Shown: piece by piece, positions 11,579-25,229 of the stretch
Layout: every line of letters starts with the position of its first letter
Numbering within the stretch: position 1 is the first letter of the stretch
Assembly: GCA_964016885.1 (NCBI GenBank)
Contig: OZ024743.1
Span: 115,568,001-115,632,000, forward strand
Reading direction: 5' to 3'
Length of the DNA stretch: 64,000 nucleotides
DNA from: Eledone cirrhosa
Taxonomy: Eukaryota
Program-made: the position numbers and the translations under genes
The notes under the pieces: generated by a model
Told to the model about the DNA's origin: nothing
Databases searched by the model: none
Seen by the model: only the letters and a program-made list of their open reading frames with translations

Positions 11579-14500
11579 GGGAAGAAGACGCACAAGGTGG
11601 TTGAACGTCACGAAATTGCTCCCGTAAGTTTTTTGATTTTTAACATATTTAAATCAATTGTGAAAGAACAATTCTTAGCACAAATGTTGCATAAAGGCAC
11701 CGAATGAGGTCCCATAAAGTTTCGGATCCATATTATATTGTTGTATCGCTCAAATATTCAATTTTGTATTATATATTTTGTATTCAAAAAAAGAAAATGG
11801 TTATAAATGGAACAAAACACCCTCTGTCTACACTATATAGAACAGCGGCAATTTCAATTTCACCAACACCAGAAACTTGATACACTACCTATCCCATCAC
11901 ACTAAATATAACGGCAACTTCACCGGCATCATAATAATAATTACTATTATTATTGTCTCAAATTTAAAAAAATGTTTAATTCAAATTTTACGGGAATATG
12001 TCAACACAAAATATAATGAAAATATATATTAAACATACGAACACAAACTCATAGATACTATATCAGTAACCACAACACCACCGCTGCCACCTCCCCACCA
12101 CATCCATCATCGCCGCCACCACTCATTCAATGCTACTGACACTATTCCCCTGTTAACTTGAGAGAGAAAAGGGAAGGTGGTGGTAGCACTAGACAAGAGA
12201 GAGGCTAGCAAAAGATATAAATAGATTGACTTGGTGACCTTGCCACGGACAAACGTCTACATCAACAATTATGGGACTGGTGGCTCACCCCTTCCTCACC
12301 AACAATATAAAAAGCCCCGGCACCACCACCGACATAGCCAGCAGCAATAACAGCCAACTACAACAAAAAGTATATTATATTATTGTAATGCACTGGGTGA
12401 TTGCTGGCCTTGTCCCTGGAGTGGAGACAATTATTAATAATTTCATTCTTAAGCCACGCAATGCTCACATTAAGGTACCACTCATGATAATAACAATTTA
12501 AAAAAAACAACAAAAAGAAAACCCCGTGACCAAGAAATACCGGGATGGCGGCCGGCGGGGAATAGCCATGTCTCTAGGGGAGAACGACCCCTCTAGTCTT
12601 GGTTGACACTCGTTCTAGAAGTGGTAACACGAAAAGATTACCCCTTGGCGGTTAAGGATAAAACGCGACAAAATAAGGTAGATGTCTAATGATGAAATCT
12701 CATACCGGATCGGCCGTCACCCGGGTAAAAAAGGGCCGCGTCCCTCAGAGAGGAACCAGACTGGGGTCGAAAAATCAGCTAATGGTTCAAACCTTCCCAT
12801 CACTTCGGAGCTGGAGACCTCCCATAACCGGAATACTCCTACTGTTGGCCCTCCATGCTCACCACCAAGAAATCCAAAGAAAAAGAGAGAAAAATGGTCA
12901 AGGGAAGATAATAAAGAAGTCCTTGAGGCTTTCTACACTGCCATGTACTACCCATCAAATACATCGAATACAGAGCAAACATATATCAACTGGAAAAAGA
13001 AACATCCCGAAAACAGAGGCTATATTGACAGTAACAAACTAGCCAATATACGAAGAAATATTGTAAGAAAAAAGTTACTAACTGATATAGAAATTGATCA
13101 GATCAAGCTAGTAGCACAAAGTCAGCGAAGGGAAAATGAAGCATGTGTCAGTGAAAACGAGGTAAACTGTAACACTTCGAATCCCAGAGTTGGGGCGGAA
13201 TCACTGGCAACAGAACAAATTAAAGAAAGGAGCGAAAAAGTGGAGGGAGTGCATGCTCAGGATGAAACTCTAAATGAAAATAATGAGATCGTAAATGATA
13301 AAGAAATGAATGAGAATGAACTTGCCAACTTGAAGGATGAAATTATGATCGAATGGATGAAAATGAAAGAATCTGACATGGGGGAACGAGACACCCTCCC
13401 TAAGATCCAGAACTCCAAACAGAACCAAAAGATAATACACAAGACTAACATAATTCTCAAAAACATTATCATCACAAACAAAATAAACATTACTGACTTA
13501 AATCATCTCTATTATGCATCGGCTAAAGTCACCACTCACTTATGTGGAGTGAAGATGAAAAAACAAAGGAATTCCCACAAGAAATCTACTTGGCAAGATA
13601 ACATCAATCGCCAAATAAACCTTCTCCGATCTGACATAGAAATTTTAACAAACTATAAAGTAGGTGAACATGTTAAACAAACTAAACTTAGAAAATTGAA
13701 AAAAAAGTACAGTATAAGATCAACATGTGACATAGACATGCTGATAGAAACAATCAAGCAAAAAGTGTCGGCCAAAGCTGCTCGTATAAGGCGCTTTGAA
13801 AAACGATCTAGATTCTATAAGGATAATAATATGTTCAAAAACAACCAAAGAAACTTCTACAGAAAAATTGGTAAGTCAACAATAACTGCTAAATCAATAC
13901 CACCCAAGGAGGAAGTGCAAGAATTCTGGGAAAAGATCTGGGCCGAAGAAAAAGTTCATAACATACATGCCCCATGGATAGACAGACAAATGAAAGAAAC
14001 AGCTCACCTTGAAGAACAAACATGGGAAAATATAACAGTTGAACAGCTGCGCTTGGCTCTAAGAAAAACCAGCAAATGGAAATCCCCAGGAAAAGACAAA
14101 ATACAAAACTTTTGGATAAATGCCTTCACAGAGTCTCATGAGCTGTTAGCCCAACTTTACAATGAAATAGTTAAGGAGCCAGAAAAGATACCATCATGGC
14201 TAGTCAACGGCATTACATTCCTGCTACCGAAGAATGATGAGACAAACAATCCCAAAAATTACAGACCGATAACCTGCTTGACCACAATGTATAAAATTTT
14301 AACATCAGTCCTAACTGAATACACATATGACCACCTGATAACAAATGACCTATTTCCCATTGAGCAGAAAGGGTGTAAACGAGGCTCATATGGCTGTAAG
14401 GATCAGCTTCTGGTTAACAAAATGATACTGGAAGATTGTCATAATAGACACAAAAATCTATCGATTGCTTGGATAGATTATAAAAAAGCATTTGATAGTT

Positions 14501-16477
14501 TGCCACACAGTTGGATTGAAAAATGTTTAGAGATTTTCAAAATATCCCCCGTTGTCAGGAGGTTTTTGTCATTCAGTATGAGGACATGGAGAACGACACT
14601 CCTTTTGAATAGTGAAACAAAATCACTGGAAGCTGGAGAAGTTAACATTAATTGTGGAATTTTTCAGGGTGACTCTTTATCACCGCTTTTATTCTGCATC
14701 GCACTTATACCATTAAGTAAAATGCTCAATGAAACAAAACATGGATATAGAGTCTATGACAAAACCATTAATCACCTGTTCTACATGGATGACCTGAAAC
14801 TATTTGCAAAAAATGATGAACAATTGCAAGGGCTATTATCCACTGTGAAGCAGTTCAGTGATGACATTAAAATGGAGTTTGGACTGGATAAATGCGCCAA
14901 AGCAACGTTCACCAGAGGAAAGCTGCTGAAGAGTTCAGACATTAATCTTGATCGGGGGAACGTGATAAGAGAGCTTGATCAAGAACAAACTTACAAATAT
15001 CTAGGTGTTTGTGAAGGAGACGGAATCAAGCACTCGACAATGAGGGAAAGGATAAGGAAGGAATGTTACCGCAGAGTCAGAGCAATCTTAAGAACGGAAT
15101 TGAATGCAAGGAATAGGATCGATGCCATAAACACGCTTGCCATACCAGTAGTAACCTACAGTTACAATGTCATCAACTGGTCAAGCACAGAGATCCGTAG
15201 GCTCGATACAAAAATCCGAAAATTCTTAACCATGCACAGAATGCATCACCCTAAGGCAGACATAGATAGAATATATCTCCCTAGGAAAGAAGGAGGACGT
15301 GGGTTAATCCAGTTAGACATTGCGTTGAAAACTGCAACAATTGGATTATCCACATATCTAAGGGAATCACATGATTGGATGATCAAACTCGTTTTGAAAC
15401 ACGAAAGCACCAAAAGATCATATTCCATTACAAAAGATGCACAAAGATACAGTAATGGACTACAAATTTCAGAAGTCCCATTTACTGCTGAAATGGAAAA
15501 CACAGAAAAAGCAAAGCAGGTAAAAGTAACTGCAAAGAAAGAACTGCTACAGAAACTGGCTAAGAAAAGAAATGGCAAGAAAAGCCTCTGTATGGAAAAT
15601 ACCCAGAGCGAGCTAACAATCCTGATGTTGACAAAACTTTAACCCATCAGTGGTTGGCATCCTCTGGACTGAAATCGGAGACTGAAGGACTGATTATATC
15701 CGCACAAGATCAGTGTCTGCCAACAAAAAATTACCAAGCCAACATAATAAAAAATGGGTGCAGCCCACTATGCCGTGTATGCAAAAAACAACCAGAGACC
15801 ATTGACCATATAATTTCAATGTGCAGTCCCATAGCTCCAACCGAATACCTAAACAGGCATGACAGAGCTGCACAATACATACATTGGATAATGTGTAAGC
15901 ATTTTGACCTGCCCCATCAAAAGAATTGGTGGGAGCATCAACCACCTCCCATACTTGAAAAAGATCACATCTCAATCTTGTGGAACTTTAGCATCCAAAC
16001 AGACCGAAAAATAGATGCAAATAGACCTGATATAATATTGAAGGACTTTCAAAGGAGGGTATGCCTGCTAATTGATATGTCTGTTCCAATAGACAAGAAT
16101 GTATCTATAAAAACATTTGAAAAATTGAGCAAGTATAAGGACCTGGAGATAGAAATTGGAAAAATGTGGAAATTGAGAACTAAAACAATACCAGTGGTTG
16201 TAGGCGCTCTGGGAATGATACCTAAGGGGTCTAACGACTACTTATCGCAAATCCCAGGAAACCCGCGTATAGGAGAAATACAAAAGATAGTACTAATGGG
16301 AACTGCCCATATACTAAGGAAGATCCTGTCAATATAAGTACATCACAAGTCTAAACACTAAGGATGCATGTGTGAATATGTGTGTTCTTTCTTGAACATG
16401 GCGGACCTTGTTGTCTCTTGAGGTCACTGGTTGTGACTTGGTGATAACTCGTATAAACATAAAGCAAGATAAATGCA

Positions 16478-16480
<3 letters not shown>
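11579..16480 (+). mobile_element. R4/Dong-type RLE non-LTR retrotransposon, family A, tandem unit 1
   Basis: ~1.1 kb leader, single RT-CCHC-RLE ORF, short 3' UTR ending in (AAT)n; repeated head-to-tail at 16561-21423. Confidence 0.9.
12682..16337 (+). pseudogene. R4/Dong ORF (RT, CCHC knuckle, PD-(D/E)xK endonuclease) with one frameshift near 15565
   Basis: WKSPGKD, NYRPITCL, WIDYKKAFDS, GIFQGDSLSP, YMDD, CRVC-x8-H-x4-C, RPDI..LIDMSVP..KYKDL; a 5-bp aagaa duplication relative to unit 2 splits ORFs 12682-15642 and 15654-16337. Confidence 0.92.
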
Positions 16481-16552
<72 letters not shown>

Positions 16553-16560
16553 AAGAAGAA

Positions 16561-19500
16561 GAAGAAGACGCACGAGGTGGTAGAACGTCACGAAATTGCT
16601 CCCGTAAGTTTTTTGATTTTTAACATATTTAAATCAATGGTGAAAGAACAATTCTTAGCACAAATGTTGCATAAAGGCACCGAATGAGGTCCCATAAAGT
16701 TTCGGATCCATATTATATTGTTGTATCGCTCAAATATTCAATTTTGTATTATATATTTTGTATTCAAAAAAAGAAAATGGTTATAAATGGAACAAAACAA
16801 CCTCTGTCTACACTATATAGAACAGCGGCAATTTCAATTTCACCAACACCAGAAACTTGATACACTACCTATCCCATCACACTAAATATAACGGCAACTT
16901 CACCGGCATCATAATAATAATTACTATTATTATTGTCTCAAATCTTAAAAAATGTTTAATTCAAATTTTACGGGAATATGTCAACACAAAATATAATGAA
17001 AATATATATTAAACATACGAACACAAACTCATAGATACTATATCAGTAACCACAACACCACCGCTGCCACCACCCCACCACATCCATCATCGCCGCCACC
17101 ACTCATTCAATGCTACTGACACTATTCCCCTGTTAACTTGAGAGAGAAAAGGGAAGGTGGCGGTAGCACTAGACAAGAGAGAGGCTAGCAAAAGATATAA
17201 ATAGATTGACTTGGTGACCTTGCACGGCCAAACGTCTACATCAACAATTATGGGACTGGTGGCTCACCCCTTCCTCACCAACAATATAAAAAGCCCCGGC
17301 ACCACCACCGACGTAGCCAGCAGCAATAACAGCCAACTACAACAAAAAGTATATTATATTATTGTAATGCACTGGGTGATTGCTGGCCTTGTGCCTGGAG
17401 TGGAGACAATTATTAATAATTTCATTCTTAAGCCACGCAATGCTCACATTAAGGAACCACTCATGATAATAACAATTTAAAAAAAAACAACAAAAAGAAA
17501 ACCCCGTGACCAAGAAATACCGGGATGGCGGCCGGCGGGGAATAGCCATGTCTCTAGGGGAGAACGACCCCTCTAGTCTTGGTTGACACTCGTTCTAGAA
17601 GTGGTAACACGAAATGATTACCCCTTGGCGGATAAGGATAAAACGCGACAAAATAAAGTAAATGTCTAATGATAAAATCTCATACCGGATCGGCCGTCAC
17701 CCGGGTAAAAAAGGGCCGCGTCCCTCAGAGAGGAACCAGACTGGGGTCGAAAAATCAGCTAATGGTTCAAACCTTCCCATCACTTCGGAGCTGGAGACCT
17801 CCCATAACCGGAATACTCCTACTGTTGGCCCTCCATGCTCACCACCAAGAAATCCAAAGAAAAAGAGAGAAAAATGGTCAAGGGAAGATAATAAAGAAGT
17901 CCTTGAGGCTTTCTACACTGCCATGTACTACCCATCAAATACATCGAATACAGAACAAACATATATCAACTGGAAAAAGAAACATCCCGAAAACAGAGGC
18001 TATATTGACAGTAACAAACTAGCCAATATACGAAGAAATATTGTAAGAAAAAAGTTACTAACTGATATAGAAATTGATCAGATCAAGCTAGTAGCACAAA
18101 GTCAGCGAAGGGAAAATGAAGCATGTGTCAGTGAAAACGAGGTAAACTGTAACACCTCGAATCCCAGGGTTGGGGCGGAATCACTGGCAACAGAACAAAT
18201 TAAAGAAAGGAGCGAAAAAGTGGAGAGAGTGCATGCTCAGGATGAAACTCCAAATGAAAATAATGAGATCGTAAATGATAAAGAAATGAATGAGAATGAA
18301 CTTGCCAACTTGAAGGATGAAATTATGATCGAATGGATGAAAATGAAAGAATCTGACATGGGGCAACGAGACACCCTCCCTAAGATCCAGAACTCCAAAC
18401 AGAACCAAAAGATATACACAAGACTAACATAATTCTCAAAAACATTATCATCACAAACAAGCTATTATGCATCGGCTAAAGTCACCACTCACTTATGTGG
18501 AGTGAAGATGAAAAAACAAAGGAATTCCCACAAGAAATCTAGTTGGCAAGATAACATCAATCGCCAAATAAACCTTCTCCGATCTGACATAGAAATTTTA
18601 ACAAACTATAAAGTAGGTGAACATGTTAAACAAACTAAACTTAGAAAATTGAAAAAAAAGTACAGTATAAGATCAACATGTGACATAGACATGCTGATAG
18701 AAACAATCAAGCAAAAAGTGTCGGCCAAAGCTGCTCGTATAAGGCGCTTTGAAAAACGATCTAGATTCTATAAGGACAATAATATGTTCAAAAACAACCA
18801 AAGAAACTTCTACAGAAAAATTGGTAAGTCAACAATAACTGCTAAATCAATACCACCCAAGGAGGAAGTGCAAGAATTCTGGGAAAAGATCTGGGCCGAA
18901 GAAAAAGTTCATAACATACATGCCCCATGGATAGACAGACAAATGAAAGAAACAGCTCACCTAGAAGAACAAACATGGGAAAATATAACAGTTGAACAGC
19001 TGCGCTTGGCTCTAAGAAAAACCAGCAAATGGAAATCCCCAGGAAAAGACAAAATACAAAACTTTTGGATAAATGCCTTCACAGAGTCTCATGAGCTGTT
19101 AGACCAACTTTACAATGAAATAGTTAAGGAGCCAGAAAAGATACCATCATGGCTAGTTAACGGCATTATATTCCTGCTACCGAAGAATGATGAGACAAAC
19201 AATCCCAAAAATTACAGACCGATAACTTGCTTGACCACAATGTATAAAATTTTAACATCAGTCCTAACTGAATACACATATGACCACCTGATAACAAATG
19301 ACCTATTTCCCATTGAGCAGAAAGGGTGCAAACGAGGCTCATATGGCTGTAAGGATCAGCTTCTGGTTAACAAAATGATACTGGAAGATTGTCATAATAG
19401 ACACAAAAATCTATCGATTGCTTGGATAGATTATAAAAAAGCATTTGATAGTTTGCCACACAGTTGGATTGAAAAATGTTTAGAGATTTTCAAAATATCC

Positions 19501-21421
19501 CCCGTTTTCAGGAGGTTTTTGTCATTCAGTATGAGGACATGGAGAACGACACTCCTTTTGAATAGTGAAACAACATCACTGGAAGCTGGAGAAGTTAACA
19601 TTAATTGTGGAATTTTTCAGGGTGACTCTTTATCACCGCTTTTATTCTGCATCGCACTTATACCATTATGTAAAATGCTCAATGAAACAAAACATGGATA
19701 TAGAGTCTATGACAAAACCATTAATCACCTGTTCTACATGGATGACCTGAAACTATTTGCAAAAAATGATGAACAATTGCAAGGGCTATTATCCACTGTG
19801 AAGCAGTTCAGTGATGACATTAAAATGGAGTTTGGACTGGATAAATGCGCCAAAGCAACGTTCACCATAGGAAAGATGCTGAACAGTTCAGACATTAATC
19901 TTCATCGGGGGAACGTGATAAGAGAGCTTGATCAAGAACAAACTTACAAATATCTAGGTTTTTGTGAAGGAGACGGAATCAAGCACTCGACAATGAGGGA
20001 AAGGATAAGGAAGGAATGTTACCGCAGAGTCAGAGCAATCTTAAGAACGGAATTGAATGCAAGGAATAGGATCGATACCATAAACACGCTTGCCATACCA
20101 GTAGTAACCTACAGTTACAATGTCATCAACTGGTCAAGCACAGAGATCCGTAGGCTCGATACACAAATCCGAAAATTCTTAACCATGCACAGAATGCATC
20201 ACCCCAAGGCAGACATAGAGAGAATATATCTCCCTAGGAAAGAAGGAGGACGTGGGTTAATCCAGTTAGACATTGCGTTGAAAACTGCAACAATTGGATT
20301 ATCCACATATCTAAGGGTATCACATGATTGGATGATCAAACTCGTTTTGAAACACGAAAGCACCAAAAGATCATATTCCATTACAAAAGATGCACAAAGA
20401 AACAGTAATGGACTACAAATTTTAGAAGTCCCATTTACTGCTGAAATGGAAAACACAGAAAAAGCAAAGCAGGTAAAAGTAACTGCAAAGAAAGAACTGC
20501 TACAGAAACTGGCTAAGAAATGGCAAGAAAAGCCTCTGTATGGAAAATACCCAGAGCGAGCTAACAATCCTGATGTTGACAAAACTTTAACCCATCAGTG
20601 GTTGGCATCCTCTGGACTGAAATCGGAGACTGAAGGACTGATTATATCCGCACAAGATCAGTGTCTGCCAACAAAAAATTACCAAGCCAACATAATAAGA
20701 TATGGGTCCAGCCCATTATGCCGTGTATGCAAAAAACAACCAGAGACCATTGACCATATAATTTCAATGTGCAGTCCTATAGCTCCAACCGAATACCTGA
20801 ACATGACAGAGCTGCACAATACATACATTGGATAATGTGTAAGCATTTTGACCTGCCCCATCAAAAGAATTGGTGGGAGCATCAACCACCTCCCATACTT
20901 GAAAAAGATCACATCTCAATCTTGTGGAACTTTAGCATCCAAACAGACCGAAAAATAGATGCAAATAGACCTGATATAATATTGAAGGACTTTCAAAGGA
21001 GGGTATGCCTGCTAATTGATATGTCTGTTCCAATAGACAAGAATGTATCTATAAAAACATTTGAAAAATTGAGCAAGTATAAGGACCTGGAGATAGAAAT
21101 TGGAAAAATGTGGAAATTGAGAACTAAAACAATACCAGTGGTTGTAGGCGCTCTGGGAATGATACCTAAGGGGTCTAACGACTACTTATCGCAAATCCCA
21201 GGAAACCCGCGTATAGGAGAAATACAAAAGTTAGTACTAATGGGAACTGCCCATATACTAAGGAAGATCCTGTCAATATAAGTACATCACAAGTCTAAAC
21301 ACTAAGGATGCATGTGTGAATATGTATGTTCTTTCTTGAACATGGCGGACCTTGTTGTCTCTTGAGGTCACTGGTTGTGACTTGGTGATAACTCGTATAA
21401 ACATAAAGCAAGATAAATGCA

Positions 21422-21423
<2 letters not shown>
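16561..21423 (+). mobile_element. R4/Dong-type element, family A, tandem unit 2
   Basis: Near-identical to unit 1 including the leader; ends in (AAT)n. Confidence 0.9.
17662..21281 (+). pseudogene. R4/Dong ORF with frameshifts/deletions near 18413, 18460 and 20800
   Basis: ORF pieces 17662-18432, 18502-20835 and 20769-21281 are collinear with unit 1. Confidence 0.92.
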
Positions 21424-21513
<90 letters not shown>

Positions 21514-21774
21514 TTTCTTTATTAACCACAAGGGTTTACATAAAGTAGACATTAAGGACAGTGCAGGACAATGCAGGACGGTACAAATGGGCATTTCTGC
21601 GTGTAAAAAAAACAAAAATAGAGGATGTAACAAAAATAACAATGAAAATAACAATGAAAAATTCCCCAATAGGGGGGAGACTTCGGAGGGACATTTGTGG
21701 AGAAAGCCCAGTAAAAAGCCACAATGACCCTGACCACCAAGGCAAGTGCCCTCTCCCAGTTTTCCACCTTTAGT

Positions 21775-24700
21775 TTACAGATATATACTCAGAGTCGGCC
21801 CATTCACTCGGGCCATTCTTGCTTCTCTCACCCATCTTTCAACAAAATGCTGGGAAGAGAGCACTTCCTTCTCTACTCTGATTTTCCTTTTCAAATGAAA
21901 TTTGAAAAAGTCAATCAGAGCATCACCGAAGAGGTAAGTGATCGTCTTCAGCCCTTTCAAACGTGTCCACCATACTATCTCTTTCGCCATGGCCACCAGA
22001 CAGATAAAAACTGCCTGCCCTTCCCGGCTAAAGGAGGAGGGCGGGGCAATCCTCACGATAGACTCAGATGATAGCTGGATCCGTCCTAAACGCGACAGCA
22101 GGTGTTCGACATAAACCCACAAGTCAGCAATTTTCGGACACTGGACGAGTGCGTGCAGGACGGTTTCGTCGCCCTGCGCGCATCTCGGACATGCCCGGCT
22201 GACGGCACCTCCATGCCTGTAGAGTTTATCCCGAACTGGCAAGGCTCCTCGGTAGCACTGCCAGGCCAGAGATTTCTGGAAGTTGTCCATAGGCCCTGGC
22301 CCGAAAGTTCTTCCGAAGAGATTGGCTAGTTGATTTTCGTCGACGCCTAGAGTTTCCCCAAGTACGTCGTCGCTCTTCCCCTCCACTAATCCTCTATAGA
22401 ACGCCGAGGTGGAGTTTCCACCGATCACATTGCCCGATTGGTCGAGGGCTGTGAGCGCCTGAAGACATTCCAGTCTCCAGGCGCTCCCTCTCGGTCTTCG
22501 CTTGACCCAGGACTGCAGCTCCGTCAAGGAAACGAGCTGGGGAAAAACGCGTCTAGCAAACGGCGACCACACCTGATCACCGTCGAGGAAGAGGTGGAGA
22601 TGTCGTAGCCTGAGCGCGTGCCTGCGCATCATCAGCCACGGCATGCCCAGCCCTCCACGTAGCGGGTGTTGACAACAGATGGACCGCCTGACCATCGGAG
22701 CACGTCCCTTCCACAAAAAGCGAAAGAGCAAACGCTCCAGCGCAGTCAGGCGAGGCTTAGGACAAGGTACGACGGTTAGGCGGTAGCAGATGACAGACGC
22801 GATGTACGCGTTAGCCACCTCCGCTCGACCTTTCAGGGATAGCTTCCTCTCCGCCCATTTCTGGGTGAGAGAAGCCACCCTGCTCGTCACCTCGTCCCAG
22901 TTTTTGTCCGTCTGGAGGTCCGGACCGAACCAGACCCCTAGCAATTTAACCGGTCCGTCCGTCCAGCGCCCGACGACGCTGTTGGACGGCATGGACCTGC
23001 CTCTCCAGGTGCCGAGCTGCAGGCCCACTGACTTTTCCTGGTTGATCATTGCTCCTGTCACCGCTTCGTATTCTCTTAGTGTAGTGCCGATCGCCTCGAT
23101 GTGTTTGGCGTTCGACACCACTACGGTGACATCGTCCGCATATGCTGACACGGATCTTCCGCATCCTAGTTCGCGCGGGACTCCCCTCAACGTCTCCAGT
23201 TTGTGCAGTAATGGCTCGAGAGTCAATACGTACAAGAGGGACGAGAGGGGACATCCTTGGCGGACCGAGCGCATGATGTTGAACGGTTCCGACAGGTGAC
23301 CGTTCACTCTCACCACAGAGCAGATGTCGCTGTGCATGGCAGCGATCCAGCCTCTGAAGACGGGCCCAAAGCCAGCCGCCCTCAGGACTGCCGCTAGGTA
23401 ACGATGGTCGACCCTATCGAAAGCTTTCGACTGATCTAAATTGATCAAGGACCCACCCGTGCCAGGTTCCCTAGCTACCCTCTCTACGATGTATCGCATG
23501 AGGTGGAGGTTGTCGTGGATGGATCTGTCGGGAATGGCGCATGTCTGCGCCTCTCCCACCAGACCACCAACGACAAGCGCCAACCTCTTTGCTAGCACCT
23601 TGGCCAAAATCTTAAACTCTGTGTTTAGCAGAGTTATGGGCCGGAAATTGTCTATGTTATCCCCCTTGTTCGGATCCTTTCTCAGCAGTGCCACCGCTCC
23701 TCGGCTCACAGAACTGGGAATTCTCCCGTTCTGTTGCCAGTTGCAGTAGACGTCCGCCAAGAGGCCTCCGAACAAGTCTGGCATCTGTACGTAAAGTTCA
23801 TAGGGCAGACCATCCAAACCAGGCGATTTACCCCTTGTGCAGCCAGTCATTGCCTCCCGTACTTCAGCGGCTGTTATCGGCTTTTCGCAACACTTCGCCT
23901 CAGTGGCCGAGAGCCGCGGCAGTCCGTCGAGGTAGACACTAAAGTCCATCCCTCTACCCGGCCCCCCGCTGCCCCCGAACAGCTGAGCGAAGTGTCGCTG
24001 AAAAGCTTCACACATTTGCCCGGGATCGAGTAGCATGCGCCCGTCGTGGTCCACCAAAGACCGGATCGTGGCTTTGTTGCCACGACGCGCCTCCGCCACT
24101 CGGGCCCATTGAACGGCTTTCGTCCCCTCGTGTCTGAGAGCACGCACCCTAGCTCTGACAACGCAGCCTTCGTGCTTTGCATTGAAGAATTGGTCAAGGG
24201 CCAATTTCGCCGCAAGCACGTCGGTCGCAATGCCTTTGCTAAGCGCCTCGTCTAATTTTCTAACTAGTTCTCCCTCTGCTCTATTTTTCTCTATTGCTAA
24301 AGCCTTACTAAACCTAATCGATTCTATTCTAATCGCTCTTTTCAGAGCAAACCACCACTTGTTGTTGACGATGGCCCCCGTCAACGCCCGCTTAACTAGT
24401 TCGCTAATCCGGTCTCTGTAGGCCTTGCGCGCTGGTAAGGACGCGTTTAGCTTCCAGTAGCCGGGTCCTCGTCTATGAAGCCTATCTAAGTCAAGCACAC
24501 AGGTCACGAATTTGTGGTCCGTGTAGCTGACTATCTTGAATTGTGGACAGCCTATGCTAGACCTATCTATTTCCCTACAAAATACTCTATCTAGATATGA
24601 TCTGGATGACCCTATGCGGTTTGTCCAAGTCCACATTGGCACATTCGGGAAATCCAATCGGTACCTGTCAGACAGTTCAAAACGCCTGAGCAGGTTGGTG

Positions 24701-25194
24701 AGGCTCTTGCACCCTCCACCCCTATCCGCTAATCCCACACAGTCCCAGCGTGCATCTAAGATCCCGTTCCAGTCGCCCACTAACACTAAAGAGCGGGACG
24801 TTCCAAGAAAGGTCTCCAGACGCCGGAAGAAATCAGGCCGCCCTGCTCCTGTCGGGGCATAGACGGCCACTAGCCTGAAAGCTTGCCCGTCTCCGCTGGT
24901 CACGTCCAGCACCACCAGCTTACCCTCTGGGTCCAGGAAGATGGCCCGTATGGCGAGATCCAAACCTCTCCGAAAAAGCACAGCAACTCCTCCACCCGAT
25001 CCAGGACGGCTGGGAGATGCGTACACATCGTAGCCGCCGAAGATCGGTGCGAAGGCCCGTGCTTCGGAGATTCTGGTCTCGCTGATGGCCACTACATCTA
25101 TGTTTAGTGACCTGAGGTCGTTGAGCAGGTGACCCTGCTTCCATGACGACCCCAAGCCACGCGCATTTATGCTGCCTATTCTGAGTGAGGTCAT
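21775..25194 (-). CDS. Tx1 ORF2: APE endonuclease, reverse transcriptase, C-terminal CCHC
   Basis: SINARGL, ISET, VYAP, GDWN, YLDR, TDH, GYWKLN, KSPGLDGLP, NFRPITLLN, LDQSKAFDRV, RQGCPLS, YADD, CPRC-x7-H-x4-C. Confidence 0.95.
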   Translation of the reverse strand: MTSLRIGSINARGLGSSWKQGHLLNDLRSLNIDVVAISETRISEARAFAPIFGGYDVYASPSRPGSGGGVAVLFRRGLDLAIRAIFLDPEGKLVVLDVTSGDGQAFRLVAVYAPTGAGRPDFFRRLETFLGTSRSLVLVGDWNGILDARWDCVGLADRGGGCKSLTNLLRRFELSDRYRLDFPNVPMWTWTNRIGSSRSYLDRVFCREIDRSSIGCPQFKIVSYTDHKFVTCVLDLDRLHRRGPGYWKLNASLPARKAYRDRISELVKRALTGAIVNNKWWFALKRAIRIESIRFSKALAIEKNRAEGELVRKLDEALSKGIATDVLAAKLALDQFFNAKHEGCVVRARVRALRHEGTKAVQWARVAEARRGNKATIRSLVDHDGRMLLDPGQMCEAFQRHFAQLFGGSGGPGRGMDFSVYLDGLPRLSATEAKCCEKPITAAEVREAMTGCTRGKSPGLDGLPYELYVQMPDLFGGLLADVYCNWQQNGRIPSSVSRGAVALLRKDPNKGDNIDNFRPITLLNTEFKILAKVLAKRLALVVGGLVGEAQTCAIPDRSIHDNLHLMRYIVERVAREPGTGGSLINLDQSKAFDRVDHRYLAAVLRAAGFGPVFRGWIAAMHSDICSVVRVNGHLSEPFNIMRSVRQGCPLSSLLYVLTLEPLLHKLETLRGVPRELGCGRSVSAYADDVTVVVSNAKHIEAIGTTLREYEAVTGAMINQEKSVGLQLGTWRGRSMPSNSVVGRWTDGPVKLLGVWFGPDLQTDKNWDEVTSRVASLTQKWAERKLSLKGRAEVANAYIASVICYRLTVVPCPKPRLTALERLLFRFLWKGRAPMVRRSICCQHPLRGGLGMPWLMMRRHALRLRHLHLFLDGDQVWSPFARRVFPQLVSLTELQSWVKRRPRGSAWRLECLQALTALDQSGNVIGGNSTSAFYRGLVEGKSDDVLGETLGVDENQLANLFGRTFGPGPMDNFQKSLAWQCYRGALPVRDKLYRHGGAVSRACPRCAQGDETVLHALVQCPKIADLWVYVEHLLSRLGRIQLSSESIVRIAPPSSFSREGQAVFICLVAMAKEIVWWTRLKGLKTITYLFGDALIDFFKFHLKRKIRVEKEVLSSQHFVERWVREARMARVNGPTLSIYL

Positions 25195-25229
25195 GTTTAA
25201 AATAGAGTGGAAAAGATGGGAAAGACCAC

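Noticed and set aside
12520-12660. GC-rich structured segment upstream of the R4 ORF as an HDV-like ribozyme
   Set aside because: I could not assemble P1/P1.1/P2/P3 by eye; needs an RNArobo or Infernal search.
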